DNA of 64,000 nucleotides. It comes from Octopus sinensis. Its lineage: Eukaryota. Below, in pieces: positions 35,461 through 49,428 of the stretch. Where the stretch lies: assembly GCF_006345805.1 (NCBI RefSeq), contig NC_042999.1, positions 154,504,001-154,568,000 on the forward strand, given 5' to 3'. The notes beneath the pieces were generated by a model. It ran no database searches, was not told the DNA's origin, and saw nothing but the letters and a program-made list of their open reading frames with translations. A program made the translations under genes and the position numbers. Every line of letters starts with the position of its first letter. The first letter of the stretch is position 1.

Positions 35461-35651
35461 TGTGAATATTTTAGAATATTTATAGATAGGTCTTACAGCT
35501 GTTTCCAGGATATTTATTACATCCCTTTATCGGAGACGGTGTGAGAAAATGGTTAAGCATTTTCTCACGCTGTCTCTGATGAAGGAATATGATAAATATT
35601 CTGGAAACAACTGTAAGACCTTCTATTTATAAATGTTCTAAAATATTCACA
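35461..35651. repeat. Fold-back inverted repeat (~91-bp arms, 6-nt loop)
   Basis: gtgagaaaatg-gttaag-cattttctcac centre; about ten transition mismatches. Confidence 0.9.
35572..35619 (+). ncRNA. Type I hammerhead ribozyme motif
   Basis: gtct CTGATGA a ggaatat/atattct g GAAA acaactgt GUA agac; same family as 31055. Confidence 0.7.
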
Positions 35652-36435
35652 GGCTGTGTTAGAGTTTTGCAGTGTGAATACGGTTATGTATGAATGATTG
35701 ATTGTATGTGTGTGAGTGTGAGTATGCATTATTAATGTGTAGAAATATTGTCTTTATGTATTTTTGTATGTATAAATATATACGTGTGTGTGTGTTTGTT
35801 TACGTATTTATATATGTTTATTAAATGGATATAGTATATAGAATATAAATGTGTGTGTGTTTGGTTACGTATTTATATATGGTTATTACATATATATAGT
35901 ATATAGTATTTAATATTTTACTAAGAATGAAATATTTCTATAAGTTTGTGGTTGAGTATCTGCGGCTACTGGATGTTATATTTCCTCTGTGTTATTATCA
36001 TGCTGAGAGAATTTGGTTATGAATGAGAGATTGTATGTGTGTGTGTGGGAGTATAAATAAGTAATGTGTAGACGCATACCGCTACATTATAAATTTATCT
36101 TTGTCTATATGTTTATGTGTATGTATAGATATATATATGTGTGTGTGAGTTTGTGTATGTATTTAGATATGTTTATATACATACATGGATATATGTGTAT
36201 GAGCAAGTGTGTATATATATTTTTTGTTTTTTGTTTTTTGTTTTTTGAAATTAGCTATTTCATCTTTAAATATGAGAATTTAAATACTAAGTTTCATTAT
36301 ATACAATCGTTTATAGAGGTTATTTTAGTTCTTGATTATTATATATATTTTCATTGATAATTTTATATTTTTTATATATATTAGTCATTTCAAATTTATA
36401 TCTTTAAAATATTGATTATATTTTAGGTCTTGAAA

Positions 36436-36481
36436 CCACCTGATGAATGTCCATTGAAGTGACAAGAAACGATCGTAGTGG
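36436..36481 (+). ncRNA. Minimal type I hammerhead ribozyme motif, canonical core
   Basis: ccac CTGATGA a tgtc/gaca a GAAA, palindromic acgatcgt, GUA, gtgg; pLTR tail runs to (TA)n at ~36665. Confidence 0.8.
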
Positions 36482-36667
36482 ATATCTTAATTAATCTTAA
36501 TTATATTTAATTTATATAAAAATTTTATGTATTGGATTAAGTCTTTCTTTGTTTGATTGCATAATAGTGGTCTCTAATTAATATTATATTATATTTTACT
36601 ATAAAATTGGATTCAATCCTAAATCTGATTTTTCCCTGTAAATTTGGATTTATTCCCTAATATTTAT

Positions 36668-36754
<87 letters not shown>

Positions 36755-36770
36755 TATATATGTGTGTGTG

Positions 36771-36965
36771 TGTATCGTTGGCGATTTTTTCCTCCGTCTT
36801 CTCTTCCTTGGATCTTTCCTTTTTCTATGTTTCTGACGAAGAGTTTCGCTCGAAACGTTAAAATCCTCCTTCTTTCTTTCTTTTCCTGAGCATCCAATAA
36901 CACTATACTTGTTCCACGTCCTTGCATTGTTGTGTTTTCTCTTTGTGTTTTCATGTTTGGATTAA
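36771..36965 (+). mobile_element. Solo PLE pLTR-like unit (family 2)
   Basis: Copy of 22543-22725 with the same 5' start gtatcgttggcgatttt. Confidence 0.6.
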
Positions 36966-37231
36966 CTTTATACATGTATCACACACACACGCACACACAC
37001 ACACATATATATATATATATAACGCGTTGCGATTATGCAAAAGTGTCGTAAGTCCAAAACGTTGATTTTTTCAGATAACGAAAAAATGGTTTCACTATTC
37101 CATTTCTTTTTACATTAGCAAAACCGTTGTATACTGCACTTTAACAATTTTCATATCTTGGCACCGGGAGCAGTGCCAAAAGAACCGGCTATTTCATGCA
37201 AAAATAAATATTGAAAAAACGCATTTGGCCA

Positions 37232-37275
<44 letters not shown>

Positions 37276-37894
37276 ACAGAAGTAATTAAGATTCAGTTGA
37301 ATTATGTATTTAATTTGAAGTACTAAATCAGTCCGGTATTATCCGCTCAGCTCGAAGTAATGGGGAATAAATCAATTTACTTATATATAATGCATACGCA
37401 TATATAAACATAATATATTTATTGTATTATTTGAAGGAATATGCTGTGTTACTACAATGTTTCAGATATGTATCCTACATTGGACTATAAATTACTCCTG
37501 TTTTCCAAGTCTTATGCACAAGACTTGTAAGAGAAGAAATGTAGCTGAAAATTAGTTGTGTTGTAAAAGTGCATGTTTGCGGTATATAAAGCAATGTGTT
37601 TGTAGATGCTTTGATAGGATGTGGGGGGAAACATGAGAAAGAAGTTACGATGAAGATAATGAAAAAGAACAGAAAACAAACGTTTTTGGAATAGAGTGAG
37701 AAAAGAAAGGTTGTTAAAGATATATATTTTTTTTTGGTTTGACAGTTAAAGCTATATTGAAAATATTTAGGTATTCGAATGAAATATTGATAGTCTATAT
37801 GTCATTCTTTATAGCTTATTGTTTGAAAGTCACTTGCTAGGATTTGAATTGTATAGAATATATATATAATATATATATATATTATATATATATA

Positions 37895-37933
<39 letters not shown>

Positions 37934-37944
37934 ATATATATATA

Positions 37945-38645
37945 GATATCTTTGACTTGCTTCAGTCATTCGATTGCAGCCATGCTGGGGCATCGCATTG
38001 AAGAGTTTATAGTTGAATGAATCGACCGCAGTACTTATTTTTTATCAAACATGGTACTTTCTATCAGTCTCTTTTGCCGAAACGCTTTGTTACGGCGACG
38101 TAAACACACCACCACCGGTTGTCAAACGATAGTAGCGGATAAAGCAGACAGACACAAAGACATACACACACGCACGCACACACACACACATACACACACA
38201 TGTATGTGTGGTCGAAGGTAGATCACAGGGATTACGTTCAATGGTATGCATTGGGTGGTTTGGGGAAACTATTCGGGTGCGAGGTAGGTTGCGTGGCACG
38301 TTGGCCAAATGTCTTCTTCTATAGCTTCTGGTCGACCAAAGCCTTGTAAATAGATCTGGTAGACGGAAACTGAAAGAGGGCCATCGTATATATATATGTG
38401 TGTGTGTATATGTGTGTGTGAGTGTGTATTTGTATGTGTGTGTGTGTGTATGTGTGTGCATGCGTGCGTGCGTGTGTGTATGTCTTTGTGTATGTCTGCT
38501 TTATCCGACACTATCGTTTGACAACTGATAGAATAAGTACCATGTTTGATAAAATAAGTACTGCGGTCGATTCATTCGACTAGAAACGCTTCAATGCGGC
38601 GCCCCAGCATGGCCGCAATCGAATGACTGAAGCAAGTAAAAGACA
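37945..38645. mobile_element. SINE family B local inverted duplication
   Basis: 37945-38170 and 38470-38645 are inverted copies sharing private variants. Confidence 0.75.
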
Positions 38646-38850
38646 TATGTCTGTGTTATTGTGTGTGTGCGTGTGTGTGTGCATGTATGTGTGTGAGTGT
38701 GTGTGTGTGTGCGTGCGTGCGTATGTGTGTGCGTGAGCGTGTTTGCGCGCGTGTGTGTGCGTGTGTGTGTGTGTGTGAGTGTTGTGTGTGTGTGTGTATA
38801 CACTCATAAGAGAGAGTGTGTGTATGTCTAGGAATACTTCACACACTACT

Positions 38851-38995
38851 GAGTTAAAATTCCGCCGAGGTCGACTTTGCTTTTCATCCTTTCGGGGTCG
38901 ATAAATAAAGTATCAGTTGCGTACTGGGCTTGATCTAATCGACTGGCCCCCTCCCACAAAATTTCGGGCCTTGTGCATAGAGTAGAAAAAGAATA
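38851..38995 (+). mobile_element. SINE family A, 5'-truncated
   Basis: gagttaaaattccgccgaggtcgactttgc...gagtagaaaaagaat. Confidence 0.75.
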
Positions 38996-39235
38996 CTTCA
39001 AATGCTATTTATCAACTAAATTGCTCTCATTAGCGTTTCCCTTGATTAACTTGCATAAGGATCGAAATCTGCTAATTGGTGTATGTCTATGCGTTAGTTG
39101 CATTTCATCATTGATATTTTCAAAACAAAGTTTATAGCAACAACAGCAGCAGCAACAACAACATAAAGAGCAATAATAATAATAATAATAATAATGGTGA
39201 TGATGATGATGATGATAATAATAATAATGGTGATG

Positions 39236-39280
<45 letters not shown>

Positions 39281-39824
39281 TAATAATCCAAGAGAAGCAC
39301 AGAGATCAAATAATTATATTATGCCATTTTATATTGAATTTCGAAATATTTATTTAAGCAAACTAACTAAATATTTTAAAGAAATTTAAATGCAGTTATA
39401 ATAAATAACAAAAAAAAACGTACAAATAACAAAATAACGCAATTTTTAATAGAATCACAATATTTTGGCTATATTAATTCTAAATTTATTTATCTGATAT
39501 TCAGAATTGTAGAAAATTAACGAATTCCGATAATCGAACCTGACTGTTTCATCATATTTCTGTTATTCTTGTTGATGTTGCTGATGCTGGTGATGGTGAT
39601 GGTGATGGTGATGTTATAGTCGAATTATTAACTAGTTATCTTAATCAAATTAAGTGTTAAGTTTGCGATAAAAATGTTATCAATAGCAAATTGATCGATT
39701 TTTTAGAAAACTGAACTTTTGATCATGCTTTATTGTGAATATATGTTATGTAGAAAGTGTTTATTTTGAGTTTGCGCTTGTGTTGGTACTGTGTGTATAT
39801 CTGTAGAGGGGCGTTTCAATACAT

Positions 39825-40351
39825 CTCTTTACTCTTTACTCTTTACTCTTTACTCTTTTACTTGTTTCAGTCATTTGACTGCGGCCATGCTGTAGCACCG
39901 CCTTTAGTCGAGCAACTCGACCCCAGGACTTATTCTTTGTAAGCCCAGTACTTATTCTATCGGTTTCTTTTGCAGAACCGCTAAGTGACGGGGACGTAAA
40001 CACACCAGCATCGGTTGTCAAGCAATGCTAGGGGGACAAACACAGACACACAAACACACACACGCATATATATATAATATATATGATGTATTATATTATA
40101 TGTATATATATATATATATATAATATATATATATAATATATATATATATATAATTGTAGCTGAAAATTAGTTGTGTAGTAAAGTGCATGTAAAAGGGCCA
40201 TCGTATATATATATGTGTATGTATGTGTGTGTATGTGTGTGTGAGTGTGTGTTTGTGTGTGTGTGTTTGTATATATATATATGTGTATATAAAAAAAGTG
40301 TGCAGTAAAAGTGCATGTAAAAGTGCATGTATATATATATATCATATATAT

Positions 40352-40385
<34 letters not shown>

Positions 40386-40550
40386 CTAACTATATACTAC
40401 GGGCTTCTTTCAGTTTCCATCTACCAAATCCACTCACAAGGCTTTGGTCGGCCCGAGGCTATAGTAGAAGACACTTGCCCAAGGGGACTGAACCCGGAAC
40501 CATGTGGTTAGTTAGCAAGCTACTTACCACACAGCCACTCCTGCGCCTAC
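39825..40550 (-). mobile_element. SINE family B, full length with expanded internal microsatellite
   Basis: Both halves present. Confidence 0.85.
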
Positions 40551-41023
40551 ATCTGTGTATCTATAAATGTGTATGTGCGTTTGCGTGTGTCTGTGCATTT
40601 GTGTGAGTGTACGTGGTATATATAGTGGTATTACATCCCTGAACCAGAAATTGATATTTGGCTAAACTTTTTTTTAAATCTTTTTTGTTTATTCCCTCGC
40701 TTTCAGCCCGTGTCTGTGTGATAAATAAGGTAGTTTTAGAGCCATTTGGCGTCTACTTCTAGCATGTTGCGCTACTCAGTAGTTGCTCTTATAAGTCTTG
40801 TATTAATTTTTACCTAAATGGTTTTTTACCTGCTAGCTACTCGATATATAGATTCCATCCTTGATTATAATGATATATATACTCATTATCTTTTATTAAA
40901 CTTTTAATACTTTTGATATATATTTAAAATAATATAAATTAATTAATTTTATGTATTGGCTTAAGGTTTTTCATTGCTTGATTTGCCTAATAGTGGTTTT
41001 ATCTCTAATTTTAATATAATGTA

Positions 41024-41087
<64 letters not shown>

Positions 41088-41154
41088 TATATATATATAT
41101 ATCTACAGAGAGAGAGAGAGAGAGAGAGAGGGAGGAGAGATGGAGAGAGTTGAC

Positions 41155-41185
<31 letters not shown>

Positions 41186-41195
41186 AGATAGATAT

Positions 41196-41236
<41 letters not shown>

Positions 41237-41469
41237 CCTAAAATTATGCGCTTATACGCATGCTCACACACAAAAACATCGTATTTGCCACATTATAAGA
41301 TGCGCGCTTTTTCATTGTTGGAAATAAGATTGCTCTGTGTCTAACGTGTATAACGGATTGGAGCCAAAAATGAGCATTAGATAATAATGGTTGATAATAT
41401 TGGAACAGACCAAAAGATCACAATCTGTTAGCACTAACTTACGAAAATTTGTCCATTCCATTGACAAAA

Positions 41470-41660
41470 GTGAGTACTACCTGTATTTCAAAGGGCCAGC
41501 CTTGTTACATTCTGTGTCACACGAAATCTCCCTGAGAACTATGTTAAGGATACATGTGTCTGTGGAATTCTCAGTGACCTGTGCGTTAATCCCACGAGCA
41601 GGTTGTTCCCTTGATCGGATCAACTTGAACATTCATTGTCTTAACCAATGGAGTGCTAGT
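41470..41660 (+). mobile_element. SINE family C, 3' half, diverged
   Basis: acctgtatttcaaagggccagccttgttaca...gagaactatgttaagg. Confidence 0.6.
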
Positions 41661-41669
41661 TTTATTTTA

Positions 41670-41836
41670 TATAGGCGCAGGAGTGGCTGTGTGGTAAGTA
41701 GCTTGCTTACCAACCGCATGGTTCCGGGTTCATTCCCACTGCCTGGCACCTTGGGCAAGTGTCTTCCACTATAGCCTCGAGCCGACCAAAGCCGTGTAAG
41801 TGGATTTGGTAGACGGAAACTGAAAGAAGCCCATCG

Positions 41837-41869
<33 letters not shown>

Positions 41870-42245
41870 TTGTATGTATGTTTGTATGTATGTATGTATG
41901 TATGTATGTATGTATGTATATATATATATATATATATATTTATTTATTTATTTATTTATATATACATAGAAGCCCGTAGTATTATTTATGTATGTATGTA
42001 TGTAATGATGGATGGATGTATGTATGTATGTGTGTGTGTATATGTTTGTGTGTTTATCCCCCCAACATCGCTTGACAACCGATGCTGGTGTGTTTACGTC
42101 CCTGTAACATAGCGGTTCGGCAAAAGTAGCCTATAGAAAAAGTACTAGGCTTTCAAAGAATAAGTCCTGGGGTCGATTTGCTCGACTAAAGGCGGTGCTC
42201 CAGCATGGCCGCAGTCAAATGACTGAAACGAGTAAAAGAGAAATA
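41670..42245 (+). mobile_element. SINE family B, full length
   Basis: ataggcgcaggagtggctgtgtggtaag...gactgaaacgagtaaaagag. Confidence 0.9.
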
Positions 42246-42556
42246 AAAGAGAATTCATAATAATATTTAATTATAAAAATATAATAGGATATTTTTAACA
42301 TTGAGAAGGATCCAGTAGCGTAAAACAGAAATCAATGGAGTTCAAAGGCAAAAGAACAGTCGAGAAACACTGATCTAAATGAAAGTTCTAAAAAGATGAA
42401 AGGAATGTTAAACTTTCATCCGCCTATCAGCTATTTCCAATGAGTATATGACAGCGGTGGTGCGCCAGCATGATGGCTAGTGGTGTTCACACAAAATATC
42501 AGAACCAAAGATACACATCCTGTATAGCAATTTAGCTATTTTGTTGACTAAAATAT

Positions 42557-43230
42557 GTAGGCGCAACAGTGGCTGTGTGGTAGGTAGCTTGCTTACCAAC
42601 CACGTGGTTCCGGGTTCGGTCCCACTGTGTGGCACCTTTGGCAAGTGTCTTCTTACTATAGCCTCGAGCCGACTAAGGCTTTGTGAATGGATTTGGTAGA
42701 TGGAAACTGAAAGAAGACCTTCGTATTTTTATATATAATCGAATGGTACCCGCGTGAGCGGAAAAAACCACCCGGAAGACCTCCACGACGGTGGAATTAC
42801 GATTTCAGGAGGACGATTGGGATCACGTGGATGAGAAAGGCGCGATCCAGAGAGGAGTGGACAGCAGGCTGTGACCAGCGGTGTCAAATGGACACCTGAC
42901 GGACTGGTCGGTCAAAGTGATCAAAGTGATATATATATACATATATATATATGTGTGTGTATATATGTATGTATATATGTATATATATATATGTGTGTGT
43001 GTGTGTATGTGTATGTGAGTGTGTATGTTTCTGTGTCTGTGTTTGCCCCACCACCACCACCACCACAGCTTGACAATCGATGCTGATGAGTTTACGTTCC
43101 CGTAATCTAGCGCTTAGGCAAAAGAGATCCGATAGAATAAGTACTAGGCTTCCAAAGAATAAGTCCTGGGATCGATTTGTTCGACTAAAGGCGGTGCTCC
43201 AGCATGGCCGCAGTCAAATGACTGAAACAA
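42557..43230 (+). mobile_element. SINE family B containing a nested RTE fragment
   Basis: Head 42557-42725, tail 43030-43230. Confidence 0.85.
42740..42930 (+). pseudogene. RTE-clade LINE 3' end
   Basis: EWYPRERKKPPGRPPRRW..IGITWMRKARSREEW; short tandem tail tcaaagtgatcaaagtgat. Confidence 0.75.
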
Positions 43231-43690
43231 ATAACAGTATAAAAGAACTACACATGATCTGAAAGAAGATAAATTGGAAACAAGCTTCTCGTTTAACGCA
43301 TTTTATGTATTATAAATTGTTGGTTCCATACTTTATTTCAACTATAGGATGTTATTCAAACCCTCAACTAAGATTCCACTACACCTTATAGCGAAACAGC
43401 TGTAAGCTAATGAAGATCATTACATGACATTTAGATTTTCCTGTGTCATCTTTTTTTCTTATCATCGCTCTATATTCACCGGACACTTTGTTCTGGAACG
43501 TACGTACATTGAATACAACGCTGCCACAGCATTGTGTCCATATGCAGAGAATCATGATTATCTTCCCAAAACCACTTTAAAATATTTTTCAATAAGTGTC
43601 TGAAGAAACATGCAAAATGTTTTCCCTTACAAAATAAACTCTTGAGATAGATGTGCTCTTTATGTGAGAGTGCGACTTATACGCCGGGAC

Positions 43691-43721
<31 letters not shown>

Positions 43722-43886
43722 TGTATGTATGTATGTATGTATGTATGTATGTATGAATGTATGTATGTATGTATGTATGTATGCGTGTATGTATGGATAT
43801 ATATATATGTGTGTGTGTATATATACATATATATATATGTGTGTGTGTGTGCATATATATATATATATATAATCATATATGTGTAC

Positions 43887-43941
<55 letters not shown>

Positions 43942-44004
43942 AAGAGAGAAATACATACATACATACATATTTATACACGCACGCGCGCAGTAAAATTGCT
44001 GCAT

Positions 44005-44210
44005 TTCTTTATTGCCCACAAGGGGCTAAACATAGAAGGGACAAACAAGGACAGACAAAGGGATTAAGTCGATTACATCGACCCGAGTGCGTAACTGGTA
44101 CTTAATTTATCGACCCCGAAAGGATGAAAGGCAAAGTCGACCTCGGCAGAATTTGAACTCAGAACGTGGCGGCAGACCAAATACCGCTGAGCATTTCGCC
44201 CGGCGTGCTA
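44005..44210 (-). mobile_element. SINE family A, 5'-truncated
   Basis: Family-consensus match. Confidence 0.85.
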
Positions 44211-44915
44211 AAATCCCAACTAATAACAAAGTTATATAATAAATTCTTCATTATCTTTAAAACTAATGGAAGACAGTTTAGTTTTCATCTGGAATAATGT
44301 AAGAAACTGGTTAAGTATTCTTGATGGGGTTTAAAACTATATATTTTACTCACTCCTACTCCCCAAAATTGGAAATCGTTTTCATTATTATTATTATTAG
44401 CGTTCATGCGCCAATTTATGTAACCCTCGGTTGTTGCGTCCTGTACCATCCTCAATGTTTTTCTTTTTGTGAATCCTTTGTGCTGAATAAAGAAAGCATT
44501 ATTATTAGCATTGCTGTTGTTGTTGCTGCTGTCCTTCAAATTCAATATTATAGCCTGAAAAATAACCAAAGTTTCCAATTGGTTTCACACCAGATTTCGT
44601 TCTCAAATTCTGATATGAAATACATTGATCATCTAGGTATCACAAAACTATAATACAGAATTTTGTCAATAGCAACAGCAGTAAAAATATTTATAACAAC
44701 ATATCCACTCTTTTAAGCAATATATGAGCGCCTGTTTTCTCTCATTCATGGACTCATGGATGATGTGACAACTACCTACTTGCTTTCACGTGTGTGCGAG
44801 TGTATATGTGTATACATATCTATAAGCATATAGACAAATCGATACATTACATATATACACACTTGCATGTGTGTGTTTATGTATGTATGTACATATATAC
44901 ATACATATATATATG

Positions 44916-45041
<126 letters not shown>

Positions 45042-45790
45042 AAACGATATAATCTGCTTATTGATTTCTTTGTCAAATCTATGCTGTGCATGTGAAACCA
45101 CAATCCTTATCATTTATATTCGTGTGCATAAGTGTATGTACGTACCTGTATGTGTGTACGTATGTGTGACTGTATCTTTGTTTTCTTTTTTCTCCATCTC
45201 TTCTACCGATCTCCCTTTCTTTCTCCCTTTGTCTCTCTTTCTTTCCCTTTCACTCTCACTATCTCTATTTGTCTTGCTCTCTACTTTCTGTCTCCAGATG
45301 TTATGTTAAACGATTATCTATGAAATTCAACGATCAAACATTGTAGATCATTATATAAACATTTACTTTAAACTCTCTGAATAAACCAACAGAATTCAAC
45401 GGATTATATTTCCTTTCAGAAATTCATTCAATAAGAACATTGATTCGAATTGATAATTCTTCAGATATTTTATTCATTTCAACAGCCAACATAGCTTTCG
45501 ATGTCACATATACAAGAAACTGCTTCAAAATATCACCAAAAAACTATTGAATGGAAAACGTGATTCCAATGTCTGACTACCTGAATACGAGTGAGGTTTA
45601 ATTCACAAACGGGTTTCTTTTGTATCCTAGCTGCTGTTATTACTGTTGTTTGGTCCCATGTCAAATTGTTACAGGAATCGACAGTCTACCATATTCTATT
45701 GTATATATTTCAATGCATCATTCATTGCCGTTATGTTGAGTATACTCAACATGCAGGAATTGAACACCTATTTTCTATATCTTAAATTAC

Positions 45791-45873
45791 CTCTGACGAG
45801 ATTCGACTTTCAAAATAATTTTAATTTTATTAATTAATTTTCTGAAGGTCTAGAATTGAAACAGCTGTAAGAG
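45791..45873 (+). ncRNA. Hammerhead motif with ~58-nt AT-rich stem II
   Basis: ct CTGACGA gattc-gac...gtc-ta-gaatt GAAA acagctgt GUA ag; stem I only 2 bp intact. Confidence 0.55.
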
Positions 45874-46098
45874 ATGTTTGTCAATTTTTAATTAATAAAT
45901 AATAGTTTATCAATTATCTCTCTCTCTTCTTATCTTATTGTAATAAATAAATATATACAAATCACAGTAAAGTTCAACATATTTTGTATAGATAACTAAC
46001 CAGTATTTTCATAGTATTTTGCTATCCTTTAATGAGGTTTGCAACCTTTATTTGAAGTTCTAATATATATAGAGAGAGAGATACATACATATATATAC

Positions 46099-46156
<58 letters not shown>

Positions 46157-46319
46157 ATATATATGTATGTATGTATATGTGTATATGTGTGCGTGTGTAT
46201 GTATATCTATGTTTGTATGTATGTGAGTGTATGTGCATGCGTGTAAGGGTATTGTATGTTTCAAGCCAATGTTCTGCAAAATAATTATTTTACGTTTTCT
46301 CAAATGTTTATAAAATTCA

Positions 46320-46980
46320 TAAAACATCAATCACCTACCGACAAATATCTGGAACTGCGAAGGGTACAAAGGTTTCCCCAACGTACGCCAACTTAAACAT
46401 GAATTATCTACATGTCTAAATGTACGAACAAGTCAAAACAAAATATGGTATCAACTTTCAAACTTATGTGGCGGAAAGTTGGAAACGCTACATAAATTAC
46501 GGCCTTATTTTGTGGACATCCAGCCTAGATGACCTCAATGATTTCAAATTCCTACTCAATAGCATCATGGAATTGAGCCATAACCAAGTACCCTTCATAG
46601 ACCTTTTGATTATCAGGGATTGACATAAACATAGAAACCAACGGATTCTAAACAGTACCGACTATTTTCTTTATGCCACCAAAACATACCAAAACTAATA
46701 GTCCATTTATCCTAGTGAGAAAAATTCGAGCACTTGCCTTCAATCTGGGTGTTCAGAATAAAAGACTCTTTGAATTAACGTAGGCAATACTTGAACGAAT
46801 GTACCCCTCCACTCTCACAGAGAATGGAATAGAACGTGCCAAAGCAATAGATATTGAAAAATTAAGAAAAGCCAAAGGCATTTCGGATACACCCAAAACT
46901 CTAACTTTAATTACAGCACCCCCCCCCCCAAAAAAAAAAACGTAGAAACTTTCAGCATTATCCATCAGTACATAAGTACT
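46320..46980 (+). pseudogene. Degenerate PLE RT fragment
   Basis: GTAKGTKVSPTYANL, ESWKRYINYGLILW, VPFIDLLI. Confidence 0.75.
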
Positions 46981-47243
46981 CCGAGCCCCCACCCCAGAAA
47001 CTGCTGTCGGACTTTTAACCCCCTACCTTCTGCTCTTTATTTTTCTGTGTCTTTATACTCTGTGTAAGTTTGCTCTATTAATACATAAATATCTAAATAT
47101 TTATACTTGAATTTTCATTGTTTGAAAATGTCCAGTCTTTGCTTTCTCTCTATTTACATGTATTATATATGTATATATATTCTGTATATCAAACCTAAGC
47201 AGTTTTCTTTGTTAATTTCTTTCTTTCTCTCTCGCTTTCTTTT

Positions 47244-47935
<692 letters not shown>

Positions 47936-48389
47936 AAGGAAATATATATTCACCTGACAAGCTTCCACACAGTTTCCATCTATCAGATTCACTCAAAAGG
48001 CGTTTGTTGGATTGGGGCTACAGTAAAAACAATTGCTCAGAACACTGCGTAATGGATCTGAACACAAAACCACGCTGTACTAAAGCGAGCTTCTTAACCA
48101 CTCACCCATGACTGCGTCTGTCACTGGAACCGATTCGGTTGCTATTTCTAGCAAACCGAGCAACCACGTACAGGCTCTTTCCTTGACTCACGGCTAGATT
48201 TAACACCGAGTTTGAAAGGAAATACTTTTAATAAAAGATGCAACAAAAACCAAAATAAAATAACAGCAACAATATTAACGTAGATAGAAAGTAATACTTC
48301 GTAGAATAAAAATCAAAACCATATTTTGGCTCAGGAAAAATAACCTTTGCTCTTCCTCTTCTTCCTTTACCTCCTCCTCATCACCATCG

Positions 48390-48453
<64 letters not shown>

Positions 48454-48595
48454 CATTATTATTGAGATATAGAGAGTAGCGCATGCCATCAAAGTAACAC
48501 TGATGTTAAATATATGAAGCCCATTATAACTATCATGACTATCCGTCAGATAAGGGTACACCGAGCACATGCATTATTATTATTATTATTATTGC

Positions 48596-48920
48596 TTAGA
48601 CTCCGCCGGTTACGACGACGAGGGTCCCAGCTGATACGATCAACGGAACAGCTTGCTCGTGAAATTAACGTGCAAATTGGCTGAGCATTCCACAGACACG
48701 TGTACCCTTAACGTAGTTCTCGGGGATAATCAGCGCGACACAGAGAGTAACAAGGCTGACCCTTTGAAATACAAGTACAACTCATTTTTGCCAGCTGAGT
48801 GGACTGGAGCAACGTGAAATAAAGTGTCTTGCTCAAGGACACAACGCGTCGCCGTGAATCGAACTCACAACCTTACGATCATGAGCCGAATGCCCTAACC
48901 ACTAAGCCACGCGCCCTCAC
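48596..48920 (-). mobile_element. SINE family C, full length, inserted in (ATT)n
   Basis: Reverse complement of 16043-16363; A box TGGCTTAGTGG, B box GTTCGATTC. Confidence 0.9.
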
Positions 48921-49345
48921 TTATTATTATTATTATTATTGTTGTTGATATTGTTGTTGTTGTTGTTGTTATTTTCTCATTAAAAACAATTGCTCAGAAT
49001 ACTGCGTGATGGAACTGAACCCAAAACCACGCTGTACTAAAGCGAGCTTCTTAACCACTCACCCATGACTGCGTCTGTCACTGAACCGATTCGGTTGCTA
49101 TTTCTAGCAAACCGAGCAACCACGTACAGGCTCTTTCCTTGACTCACGGCTAGATTTAACACCGAATTTGAAAGGAAATACTTTAATAAAAGATACAGCA
49201 AAAAAACAAAATAAAATAACAGCAACAATATTAGCGTAGATAGAAAGTAATACTTCGTAGAATAAAAATCAAAACCATATTTTGGCTCAGGAAAAATAAC
49301 CTTTGCTCTTCCTCTTCTTCCTTTTCCTCCTCCTCATCACCATCG

Positions 49346-49424
<79 letters not shown>

Positions 49425-49428
49425 CATT

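Noticed and set aside
43385-43410. gaaacagctgtaag as a hammerhead
   Set aside because: Only the 3' half is present; I found no core or stem II upstream.
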